Assembly: GCF_963921235.1 (NCBI RefSeq)
Contig: NC_086104.1
Coordinates: 55,862,001 to 55,926,000, forward strand
Direction of reading: 5' to 3'
Source of the DNA: Mobula hypostoma
Taxonomy: Eukaryota
Length of the DNA: 64,000 bases
How positions within the stretch are numbered: position 1 is the stretch's first letter; each line of letters opens with the position of its first letter. Shown in pieces: positions 14,031 to 24,750 of this stretch. The notes under the pieces are model-generated. The model was not told the DNA's origin and made no database searches. It was given only the letters and a program-made list of their open reading frames with translations. The translations under genes were made by a program, and so were the position numbers.

Positions 14031-14888
14031 CCCTTTCTTATTAACTCTGTTTTTCATCTTCCTAGGCATTTCACTTCACACATTCCTCTGCCAGCTGATG
14101 TTGGCCTTCATCTTCTAATTTCACATCTGAACAATCATGCCAGCAAATAGTAGGTACATTGGAGAAAGCATTAGCCCCCATTCCAGCATTCGCTGTTGAC
14201 CTACAGATGGTTGAGATCTTTGAAGCAGAGAGGCAAGATCAAGAATACTCAAGGAAACACGGATGAAAGCTCAGATTCAAATAATCAAGAGCAAAGAGCA
14301 TTAGTACAGAGATGCAGTAAAGAATGATGGGAGAAAGTTGAACCCGAATGGATGAGACATTGGGCGGATGAGAATAGAAAAAGGTGCTGAAGGGTGAAAG
14401 ACAAGCCAAACTGCCACTTTATCTTTTTAGTTAGGGCTGGTGAAAGTTCAAGATCCCATCAGTCCTAAAAAAAATCAAACCCACTACAGCCATAAGCAGG
14501 AAAGAAAGACAGCGTTAGAATGATAGAAAGGGGGAAAATAAACAAAGAAGCGCAGACATACAACAACCTGAAAACAAGTGTACACTTTAGTTTGCGGTGA
14601 TCAGTATGATATTACCACCTAACGGCATTGTGTCATTAAGGTTCAATTCAGCAATTCAATGAAAAGAGTTTTTCAATTACTTTTATTTGGAAAAGTAAGT
14701 TTCCAAACTTGGTTTTGAGACATGGTGCCACCATATAAACAACAAGCCTTCATGATTGACTACTCAAACATTTTTGAAAGATTGACTACAATTGTTATAA
14801 GTAAGATTGGCATCCAGGTAACAGGAATAGCACTTACTTCAATAAAAATGTAAAATTAAAATACAACAAATGTAGTCATTGCCAGTAC

Positions 14889-15084
14889 CTGCTTGTAGTA
14901 AAAGTCTCAAACATTTCGATGTTTTGTGTGATGCGGCTTCATGAATTGGATACCAACCACGGTTGTCTGCAATATCAAGGCTATGACCTTTTTTGATCAG
15001 TGCTTTCAAAAGTTCTACATTTCCCTTCCTTGCAGCAAGTCCAGCTGCTGAACAGGTATCAGAGTATGCCTCTGTGAAGTCCAT
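14889..15084 (-). CDS. ASB3: ASB3 (ankyrin repeat and SOCS box 3), first coding exon
   Basis: Translates [51 protein letters not shown]..., the ASB3 N-terminus. Acceptor AG at 15095-15094 leaves 9 nt of UTR before the ATG. Donor CAG|GTACTG, 196 coding nt, phase 1. Confidence 0.95.
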
Positions 15085-15337
15085 TTTCCAGAGCTAAATC
15101 AAAGAAACAATTAAAGTCATTAAAAGTTAAAAGTAATTTCACCCCTACACCGTCCATCTTCAAATCTACTACTCATATATTCAATACTGAAGTTACAGAC
15201 AAAGGTAAGGGCACATAAATATTTAATGGAAGATTTTTTAAAACAAATTCTATGCTGAAATACTTTAAATAGAATTAAGACAAGCAAGAAGTATAAAATC
15301 CCAGGGGAAACTGTCAATTGAATAGGAGATGTTAGAT

Positions 15338-15933
15338 CACCATTGTAGCTTGTCACACCAGACAGTCAGCCACTCTAGTGTTGTTTGGTTGATGTTGAGC
15401 AGGTCAGTGTCAGCTAAATCAGGTGAGAGTGGGCAGTTGTGCAGAATGTGTTCAATGTTCTGCAACCTTTCGCCACACTCACAGGATTCGCTGGTCTTTA
15501 AACCCCACTTCACCATATTGTCTCCCGTCCTACAAACTCCCGCTCTCGCTGTGTTGACAGTGCTCCACTTCCGTCTGTCAAGCAGTGCCCCATCCGGTAA
15601 CATTTCTGTGGGGTCTTGCACTGTATTGTTTGGTGGGGTTCTGGCTTCTGTTTGTTGCCAGAGGTCAATCCTGTAAGTTTGGGGAGATGTTCCGTGCGGT
15701 AGTTCTTCCACTGTAGCAAAGCTTTTCCTCAATTTTAGGCGGTTGGAAACTGGCATATTATGATGTAGTGGGTGCCGTGGATACGAGTTCTGATAACCTT
15801 TTTCAATTTTTGTTGTAGTGTGTCTTCAGATCTCTGAGGAAGCAATGCCTGCAAGTCTGTAAATGATGTTAGTGGGTGTGGGGCACAGTGTGCCCATGAT
15901 TATTTGGCAGGCTTCATTAAGCAACGGATGTTA
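15338..15933 (-). mobile_element. RTE-X-like non-LTR retrotransposon 3' fragment
   Basis: ORF with RLKLRKSF...W..VNTARAGVCR..NMVKWG..CECGE..Q..EHILHNCP (C-terminal CCHC). 11-bp TSD agatgttagat (15327-15337 and 15934-15944). Confidence 0.7.
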
Positions 15934-16919
15934 AGATGTTAGATAAAGCCAAGATTACCAATGCTATTTCTTCATTGAAATCGGTATAAGCAAACAAGCA
16001 GTAAAGAGATAATAAATAGTGTATTCAAGATAGTTTATTGTATGTAACTTTATGTCCTAGAACTAGCAAAAGAGTTGCATGCATTATTTTTCATAATGAG
16101 TTATCAGTAAGATTATTACTAAAATGTATCTAATATTTGCAATATGATCAAAGTTAGTGCTATTTCAAAGCCAAAAATATGAAGCAATACCCAGAATTAC
16201 GGATATAAGCAAAGCTGGTTTCCACGCAATGATACTGCGATTGTCCAGAGTAAACAGGGCAAATTGTCTAATGTTCAAGGTGGAGAGTTGATCTAAGAAG
16301 GAAATCAACATGCTACCAAACAAGTTCATACCTTTAAATACCCGACACTAACCAGAAATTGATTAAGAACAGTGATATACACACTTCAGATCTAAGCACA
16401 GTCGTGGGGCCCACACCCTGAAGTGAGTAATTAAAACTTTTTTCCACCCTTCGCAAAGCAGGTAGCAGAAGTGCTAAGGGAAGTCTATATTTGTTTGAAT
16501 GATTGCCTCTGCAATAAGAACATGGAGCCTTAATACAAAACAGGACTCTGGATTGGCAGCCCATCCACCACCTTTAACATTTACTCCCTCTGTTAATGTC
16601 ACATTGTGACTGCAGGGTGAGCTAGTCAAAAATGCCAAGGCTATTTTGACAACACCTCTCAACCCCCAAATTTGACTGCTTAGATGAATAAAGGCATCAG
16701 TTATGGAAACAGCAACACCTGCAAGTTTCTGTCAAGTATCCTGACTTAAAATTTCATCATTACTGGATCAAGATCCCTACATACAGCCCAGTGATGTCTC
16801 TTCACCATATGGACAATTATTCAACATGACAATCGTTCTTAAGGCAATTAAAGAACTGCATCAAATGTTCATCATGGCAAAACAAACACATTTTGGGAAC
16901 TACTGTGTATATTTTGGGA

Positions 16920-16924
<5 letters not shown>

Positions 16925-16955
<31 letters not shown>
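16925..16955. repeat. (CA)n microsatellite
   Basis: Direct inspection. Confidence 0.95.
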
Positions 16956-16957
<2 letters not shown>

Positions 16958-17431
16958 ATAACCATTTAAGTGATCTCCCATTGCTGCTAACTAGCCTCCT
17001 TAGATTAAGAAGATGTCTATAAATGCAATCAGCTGAAGATGACATGTTATTCACCCTCTTCGCACACACATCCCTCACCTCACCCCTTTATATAAGATGG
17101 CTAGTCAAGGCTGAATCTTCTGGCATGGAAGCCAATTTAGTTGCCTACATGGCAATTAGCTGAATAACACATAACTTGGGAACATAAAATGGGAGCAGTT
17201 ATTCTCAGGGAAATGCATGGCAAAAATGTGGTAGTTGTTCAGGGAATATTTGTATGGTGTTCTGCATAGGTATGTTCCATTGAGGCATGGAAAGAATGGT
17301 AGGGTAAAAGAACTATGGTGTACAAAGGATGTAGAAACTCTAATTAAGAAGAAAAGCTTGTGAAAGGTTCAAGAAACTAGGTACTGTTAGAGCTCTAAAA
17401 AATTCCACGGGTGCCAGGAAGGAACTGAAGC

Positions 17432-18270
17432 TTAGGAGACGATGGCGCCTAACGGCGACTCCTATGCTCGCATCTTCAAAAACAGCTCTGTTTCTAACTT
17501 TAATATCTCTATTTTTCTCTTTCAGGAGGGAAAAATAGAGATATTAACAATGGAAATAGAGCTGTTTCCAAAGACACAAACAAAGAAGTCGCCGTTAGGT
17601 GCCATCGTCTCCTAAATTCCTGACGAGCCTGAAGACCCTGATCTGGAGTTACATGCTCACTTCGGTTATTTGCAGGAATGGGACCCGCTCTTGGGGTCTC
17701 ACGACTGGCCATTATTCGATATACCAAGGACATGGCCTAGAAGACTAGTACGCCTTCAGGGTTATGAGATTTTGTGGCTCTAGAGGTGGGTGGACTCGAG
17801 GTCAGAGCCTCTGCAGGAAATCGGTGTGTCATAGGAGACGTAAGATCAAAAACAGCAAGCTGGCTGCTGGCTGTGTGCCCAGAGACCCAAGTTCTTCGGG
17901 CACACAGCTCGGAAGAAGCAACACAACGGACTTTTAACATCGGAAATCGGCAAGTTGTTTGTTATGTCTTCCCTCTCGCTGTGAAACGGAGACACCTTTT
18001 TTTCCTTTTTTAGGGAGAGAACATGCTTTGCTGCATGCTTGAGTGCTCAGGGGGGTCGCCGATGCTTTTTTTGCTGGTGGGGGAAGGGAGATCATTGCTT
18101 TGCTGCTGCTTACACGTGGGTGGGGGGAGCTGGGGGAGGCTTGGGGTCCCAACATTTAACTGTCATTCATTCTTTTGGGCATTCCTCTGTTTTTGTGAAT
18201 GGTTGCGAGGAAAAAGAATTTCAAGATGTATATTGTATACATTTCTCTGACACTAAATGTATCTTTGAAG
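17432..18270 (+). mobile_element. Unclassified non-autonomous retroelement with an inverted duplication of its head
   Basis: Inverted repeat at 17432-17615, CpG-containing body, and a 3' end resembling that of the element ending near 25200. Confidence 0.5.
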
Positions 18271-20090
18271 AATGAAATTAAGAGAGCTAGAAGGGGACAT
18301 GAGAAGGCCTTGACAAGCAGGATTAAGGAAAACCCCAAGGCATTCTACAAGTAAGTGAAGAGCAAGAGGATGAGCTGTGTGAGAGTAGTACCCAACAGGA
18401 ACAAGAATGGAAACATGTGCATGGAGCCAGAGGAGGTAGCAGACATACTTAATGAATACTTTCAATCAGTATTCGCCAGTGAAAAGGACCTTGGCGACTG
18501 TGGGGATGACTCACAGCAGACTCAAATGCTTGAGCATATAGACATTAAGAAAGAGGATGTGCTGGAGCTTTTGAAAGGTATTAAGTTACATAAGTCACCG
18601 GGACCAGACAAGATATACCCTCGGCTATTGTGGGAAGCGAGGGAGAAGATTGCTGAGCCTCTGGCGATGATCTTTGCATCATCAATAGGGACGGGAAAAG
18701 TGGACTGGAGGGTTGCAAATATTGCTCCCCTGTTCAAGAAAGGGAGTAGAGGTAGCCCAGAAAATTAGAGACCAGTGAGCCCTACTTCAGTGACGGGCAA
18801 GTTGTTGGAGAAGATCCTGAGAGGCAGGATTTATGAGCATTTGGAGAGACATAATCTGATTAGGGATAGTCAGCATGCCTTATGAGCCTGATTGAATTCT
18901 TTGAGGATGTAACAAAACATAGTGATGAAGATAAAGCAGTGGATGTAGTGTATATAGTAAGGCATTTGATAAGGTTCCCCATGCAAGGATCATTCAGAAA
19001 GTAATAAGGCATGAGATCCAAGGAGACCTTGCTTTGTGGATCCAGAAATGTCTTGCTCACAGAAGGTAAAGGGTGATTATAGATGGTTCATATTCTACAT
19101 GGAGGTCAGTGACCTGTGGTGTTCTGCAGGAATCTGTTCTGGGATCCCTCCTCTTTGTGATTTTTATAAATGAACTGGATGAGGAAGTAGAAGGGTGGTA
19201 TAGTAAATTTGCTGATGATACAAAAGTTGGGGGTGTGGTGGATAGCTTGGTGGATTGTCAGAGGTTACAGTGCAACATTGATAGGATGCAGAACTGGGCT
19301 GAGAAGTGGCAGATGGAGTTCAACCCAGATAAGTGTGAAGTGGTTCATTTCGGTAGGTCAAGTTTGAATACAGAATATTAACGGTAAGACTCTTGGCAGT
19401 ATGGAGGATCAGTGAGATCTTGAGGTCCGTGTCCACAGGACAGTCAAAGCTGCTGCGCAGGTTGACAGTGTTGTTAAGAAGGCATATGGTGTATTGGCCT
19501 TCATCAGCCGCGGGACTGAGTTCAGGAGCTGTGAGGTAATATGTTTTATATAAGACCATGGTCAGACCCCACTTGGAGTATTGTGTTCAGTTCTGGTCAC
19601 CTCATTACAGGAAGGATGTGGATACTATAGAGACAGTGCAGAGGAGATTTACAAGGATGTTTCCTGGATTGGAGAGCTTACCTCAAGAGAATAGGTTGAG
19701 TGAACTTGACCTTTTCTCCTTGGAGCAACAGAGGATGAGAGGTCACCTGATAGAGGTGTATAAGATGATGAGAGGCATTGATCATATGGATAGCCAGAGG
19801 CTTTTTCCCAGGGTTGAAATGGCTAATGTGAGGGGGCATAGTTTTAAGGTGCTTGGAAGTAGGTACAAAGGGGATGCCAAAGGTGTGAAAAACAGTGGTG
19901 GGTGCGTGGAATGCACTGCTATCAATGGTGGTAGAGGCAGATACAATAGGGTCTTTTAAGAGACTCTTAGATAGGTACATGGAACATAGAAAAATAGAGG
20001 GCTACGTGGTAGGGAAATTCTAGGCAGTTTCTAGAGTAGGTTGCATGGTCAGCATAACATCGTGGGCTGAAGGGCCTGTAATATGCAGGC
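18270..20090 (+). mobile_element. CR1 LINE ORF2 remnant with 3' UTR
   Basis: KSPGPDKIYPRLL, DWRVANIAPLFKKG, SKFADDTK, WAEKWQMEFNPDKC and VRPHLEYCVQFWSP, interrupted by stops and frameshifts. Confidence 0.9.
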
Positions 20091-20989
20091 CTACTGTTTC
20101 TCTGTTAACAGAAAGTATGAATAATGGGCAGAAATTCAAACTGCCATGATCTTAACTAATGATATCCCACAATGGCCTGTTAGAATCTGAGCTATTCAAT
20201 GTATTTATAAATGATTCAGACAATATATGAAGTCACATAATCCAACTTTGCCAATTGACATGAAGCTGGGTGACTTTGTCAGAAATATGGGTGGAAGCAA
20301 AGAGATACAAACAGACTGAGCAAATGGGCAAAAGTGTGGCAAATAAATGTCAATATGAGATCATGTGCATGTTTTTAGATTGGGGAACTACGAACAGAGA
20401 ACTAAAAATATAAAACAAAACATATATTTGTTAAATGAAAAAAAATTTAAAAAAATTTAAAGCACAGACTAGAATGTCCTGAGACTAAAATGTGTCTCTA
20501 TACACAGTGTTCTCTATGGGTTGATAGTTAACACATTTCGTCCACGAGATCACTCATCTCTCCGCTCGAATGCACATCCACAAACTGACAGAAGGACCTA
20601 ACGACACGATGAGCTGGTTCCACTATTTCAGTAAGACTGGCGGGATACACTGGAGCAGGATAGCAGCCGCTTACACAGAGGAGGCTCATTATGACTTAGG
20701 TTCTTGTTGTTTCAGTGTTGAAGAGGGCCTAGTTGCAGGTATTGATAGGACAAATTCGACGAAAGTTGACCATGGATTTCTGAACTAAGCACGGGGAATT
20801 GAAAGAGAGGGCGCTGGAAAGTACAACTCTGGTTTGCAGACGCACAATGTGGGCCATGCCGAGAGGAAGGGCAAAGATAACGCCGGGAAACTCAGCTCAG
20901 TATTTTAAACAAGTAGTGGCCAGAACAGAACATCAGATGGGTCCTTCATGAATAAGCAAACCACCCTTTTATATACAGGACAGGACAGG

Positions 20990-21600
20990 CCACTGCCCCT
21001 CCCCATCGCCCTCCGTTACTCACCAACACTACCGGCTCACCTCACTACCCTCAGTTTGACTGAAACGTCACCATACCCTCGGCAGCTGGCACGTCTGATT
21101 GGTCAGATTCCCGAGTGCATTATGCGATATCTTGATTCGGACTGGCTAATCAGAAGAGAGAGTGGTGCCGGGAGTTGGAGTCTTGGCGAGACAAACGGAG
21201 CGGGTGAACAGAATGTTTTTCTCCCGCATTGCGCAGGAAACAGCTGTTTCCCGGGTGACCGTTCGCGCTGGGCGTAGTGCGCTTGCGCAGTCACGGCTGC
21301 TCCGCCACACCGTGGAATAAATCTGGAGCACGCCAGTTCGATTTGCGGTTCAAAGGCTGCTCGCCCTTGGAGTCGCCATGTGGATATTCGGGTACGGCTC
21401 GTTGATCTGGAAAGTAGACTTCCCGTACCAGGAAAAGTTAGTGGGTTACATTCGCGGCTACATCCGCCGCTTCTGGCAGGGAAGCACCGACCATCGGGGC
21501 ATGCCAGGCAAGGTGGGTGAGTGATTGGCGAAGGGGCTGGACAGGTGGTGGTGAGGGAGGGTGGGTGGATGGAGACGGACAGGGGGGTGGCTTTGAAAGG
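20990..21600. promoter_or_regulatory. CpG-rich CHAC2 promoter, probably bidirectional with ASB3
   Basis: Local CpG enrichment. Inverted CCAAT (ATTGG 21098-21102). NRF1-like TGCGCTTGCGCA at 21278-21289. Minus-strand splice donors G|GTGAGT (21024/21023) and AG|GTGAGC (21041/21040). Confidence 0.7.
21378..21512 (+). CDS. CHAC2: CHAC2 glutathione-specific gamma-glutamylcyclotransferase 2, exon 1 (not in the ORF track)
   Basis: gccATG context. Encodes [45 protein letters not shown], with the ChaC FGYGSL and STDHRG motifs. Donor AAG|gtgggt, 135 nt. Confidence 0.97.
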
Positions 21601-22239
21601 ATGAACCCAAGAAGAAAGAGGCCAGAATTTTGTCGCGTTGGCAGGCAGCCCCAAGAGGAGAAGGTGTTTTGTTTTAGTTGAGTGGAAAAGTAAATTGTGC
21701 AGGGTATGCGGAGAGTTTGCAGAAAGATATAGATAAGGTTAAGTGAGTGGGCGAGGGTCTGATAGATGGAGAAAATTGTTGGTAACTGCGAGGTCATCCA
21801 CCTTGGAAACCGGGCGATTTTAAATCACGCAAAATTCAGCAGGGGGACGTTGGATTGCAATAGGCTGTCGTGGAGGTGCAACAGATGATGAATTACTGGA
21901 GGGACTGAATTTAAGAGCAGGAAGATTATGCTGCAACTTTACAGGGTACCTGGAGTACTGCATGCAATTCTGATCGTCCTTGAGAGAAAACAAAATGTTG
22001 GCTTTGGAGGCGGTGTAGAGCAGGTTTACCAGCAACACGCGTGAAAGTTGCTGGTGAACGCAGCAGGCCAGGCAGTTGATCTCAGAGGTGAGGTGAGGAG
22101 ATTAGCCTGTGAGGAGAGGGGTTCCCCTCGAATATACTCATTGGAATTCGGGAGGATGAGAGAGGATCTTTATAGGAGTTTATAAAATTAGGAAAGGGAT
22201 AGATGAGTTAGAGTGGAAAGTTGTTTCCACTGTAAATGA

Positions 22240-23016
22240 GGCTACGTCCACACTAGACCGGATAAATCCATAACCGAAGCTTTTTCTCTTCGTTTTGACT
22301 CACCGTCCACATTGAAACAGCGTGTTCCTCCCCCGAAAATGGAGCTTTTCAGAAACGCTCTCCAGACGCCTAATTCCGGTGTAGTGTGTACGGGGTAACC
22401 GGCTATTTTTAAAACCGCTGTCATGGCGTGTCGGAACAAATGGTGGCGGGTAGCGCGGCATTTCATTGTTTTCTTGAATGCAACCACCAACACCACAAGA
22501 ATATCTTACAATGGATGTGTGACATTGTATGGAAATTCAAGATAACACTGATGCAGACATGTTTTATACATTTAACAAGGTGCTTTATTCATGTATTGCT
22601 TGTGCAAATATTCAGTAGATGCAGTTGTCTCTTTTGCCCAGTAACTCGTTTTATTGCACATGTTAAATACAGCAAAATAATACACAAAGACATGGCAAAA
22701 GTAAAGACAAACAAATGAGGTAACAGCAAATTTCACTTTTGCCCAATGACAAGCCTTATTGCATTTAGTTGTAGTTGTTGTCCCTTTAATCGGTGAAGAG
22801 ACTATGGCTGTAGGAAATGTTTCTGGACAAACGCGCACCAAGTATACCGTTTCCTCTTCACTTGTTTTTTGTGTGTCCTGCATATGCCCAGTAGGAGATT
22901 CATCCAAATATCTGTTTTAATGTGGACAGAGGTATTTTCAAAAAAAGTGTGGACCCCTGTCGTTTTTATGTGAAACCGGCTTTTTCAAAATTATCCGGTC
23001 TAGTGTGGACGTAGCC
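22240..23016. mobile_element. Non-autonomous PIF/Harbinger-type DNA transposon (MITE) inserted in a CR1 remnant
   Basis: Perfect 26-bp TIRs ggctacgtccacactagaccggataa and a 3-bp TSD TGA on both sides. No transposase ORF. Confidence 0.85.
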
Positions 23017-23784
23017 TGAGACTAGAATTAGACTCATGATTTGGGGAGTAGCTTCAGGGTGGAAATGAACAACAGGAATTATGGGCTATGCAGAAAGGAC
23101 AGGTAAGTGGATGGAGCTGAGTCCATAGCCAGGCGAGTCTCAATCTTACTGAATGGCAGAGCAGGTTCCACAAGCTGGAAGGCCTATTCAGTATGTCTGG
23201 TGTTCTTGTGAGGCAAATTAATAAATAAAAGAACAAACTGGATCTTTTGTAAGCAAGATCTAGGGGCCCAGAATGTGTACTGACCTTCTGACAAGGGGAG
23301 GAACATATCACAGGATATATGTAATGGGTCAGTAAGTGAATTAATCTTCAATCTATCAAACTGATATTCAGATAAAGACACCAGAGTAGTAACTCTTTGA
23401 GAGTGGTCTTGTCTAAGGGATCACAGAGCAAATGACTGCAGGACAATAGCAAAGCAAGGATTCTGGTGTACGATGGTGCTGGCAAAGCACAGAAGCAACT
23501 TGCTGGCAGCAAACAAAGCTACTAACTACTCTATTAGTCACACTTTTTCTCAGAAATGATTGCTGCAATCAACAGCCTGTAACTTCCCTTTTGGAGTTGA
23601 GTTCTTGAACTGCCTGCACAAGCTGGCATTTTTGCAATGTGAATTCAAGTGTCGGAGGTTCAGGATGGTTGTGGTGTGGCATCTCTGGACTGAATCGAGG
23701 AGGTGGGCCATGGGTCCAAGAGCGAGAAGTAAACCATTATTTAGTCATTACTGAAGCAGGCTTGGAGCTGATTCAAAGTGGCTG

Positions 23785-24750
23785 ATCCATAAGACCGTGA
23801 GGTATTGGAGCAGAATTAGACCATTGGGCCCATTGACTCAGCTCTGCCATTTTATCATGGCTGATCCATTTTTTCCTTGCAGCCCCAGTCTATTACCTCC
23901 TCCCCCCCCCCCATGTCCCTCTTCATGCCCTGACCAAAAAGAATCTATCAACCTCTGCCTTAAATAAACATAAAGACTTGGGCTCCGCAGCTGCCTATGG
24001 CAAAGAATTCCACAGATTCAGCACCCTCTGGCTAAAGAAATGCCGCGTCATCTGTTCTAAAAGGATGCCCCTCTATTCTGAGGCTATTTCCTCTGGTCTT
24101 AGACTCTCCCACCATAGAAAACATCCACTTTATCGAGGGCTTTCAGCATTCAGTTTGTTTCAATGAGGTTACCCCTCATTCTTCTAAATTCCGGTGAATA
24201 CGGGAACAGAACCATCAAGTGCTGTTCATATGACAAGCTGGCCAACCCTAGAATCATTTTCATTAACCTCCTTTCAACCCCCTCCAGTCTCAGCATTTCC
24301 TTTCTAAGCTAAAGAGCCCAAACCTGCTCACAATACTCCAGTGAGGCCTCATCAGTGCCTTATAAAGTCTCAGCGTTACATCCTTGCTCTAATATTCTAG
24401 TCTTCTTGAAATGAATTGTAGCATCACATTTGCCTTCCTCATCACAGACTCAACCTGAAAATTAACCTTTACAGAATCCTGCACAATGACTCCCAAGACC
24501 TTTTGCGCCCCCGATTTTGTATTTTCTCTCCACTTAGAAAATAGTCAACCCTTTCATTTCTTCTACCAAGTGAATGACCATACACTTCCCAACAGTGTTC
24601 CACCTGCCGCTTCTCCTAATCTAAGTCCTTCTGTAGCCTCTCTGCTTCCTCAGAACCTCTTGCCCCTCCACCTGTATTCGTATCATCTGCAAACTTTGCA
24701 ACAGAGCCATTGATTCAATTATCCTAATCATTGACATATAACATTTTAAA
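23785..24750 (-). mobile_element. CR1 LINE 3' fragment
   Basis: Reverse complement of the CR1 3' region seen at about 8300-9020. Confidence 0.8.

Noticed and set aside
15970-15984. 15-nt inverted match (cttcattgaaatcgg) to the start of ASB3 coding exon 2
   Set aside because: A few 15-mer matches are expected by chance in 64 kb of AT-rich DNA, and the match does not extend.
21103-21654. 183-aa minus-strand ORF over CHAC2 exon 1
   Set aside because: Typical stop-poor antisense frame of a GC-rich CpG island, with no recognisable domain.
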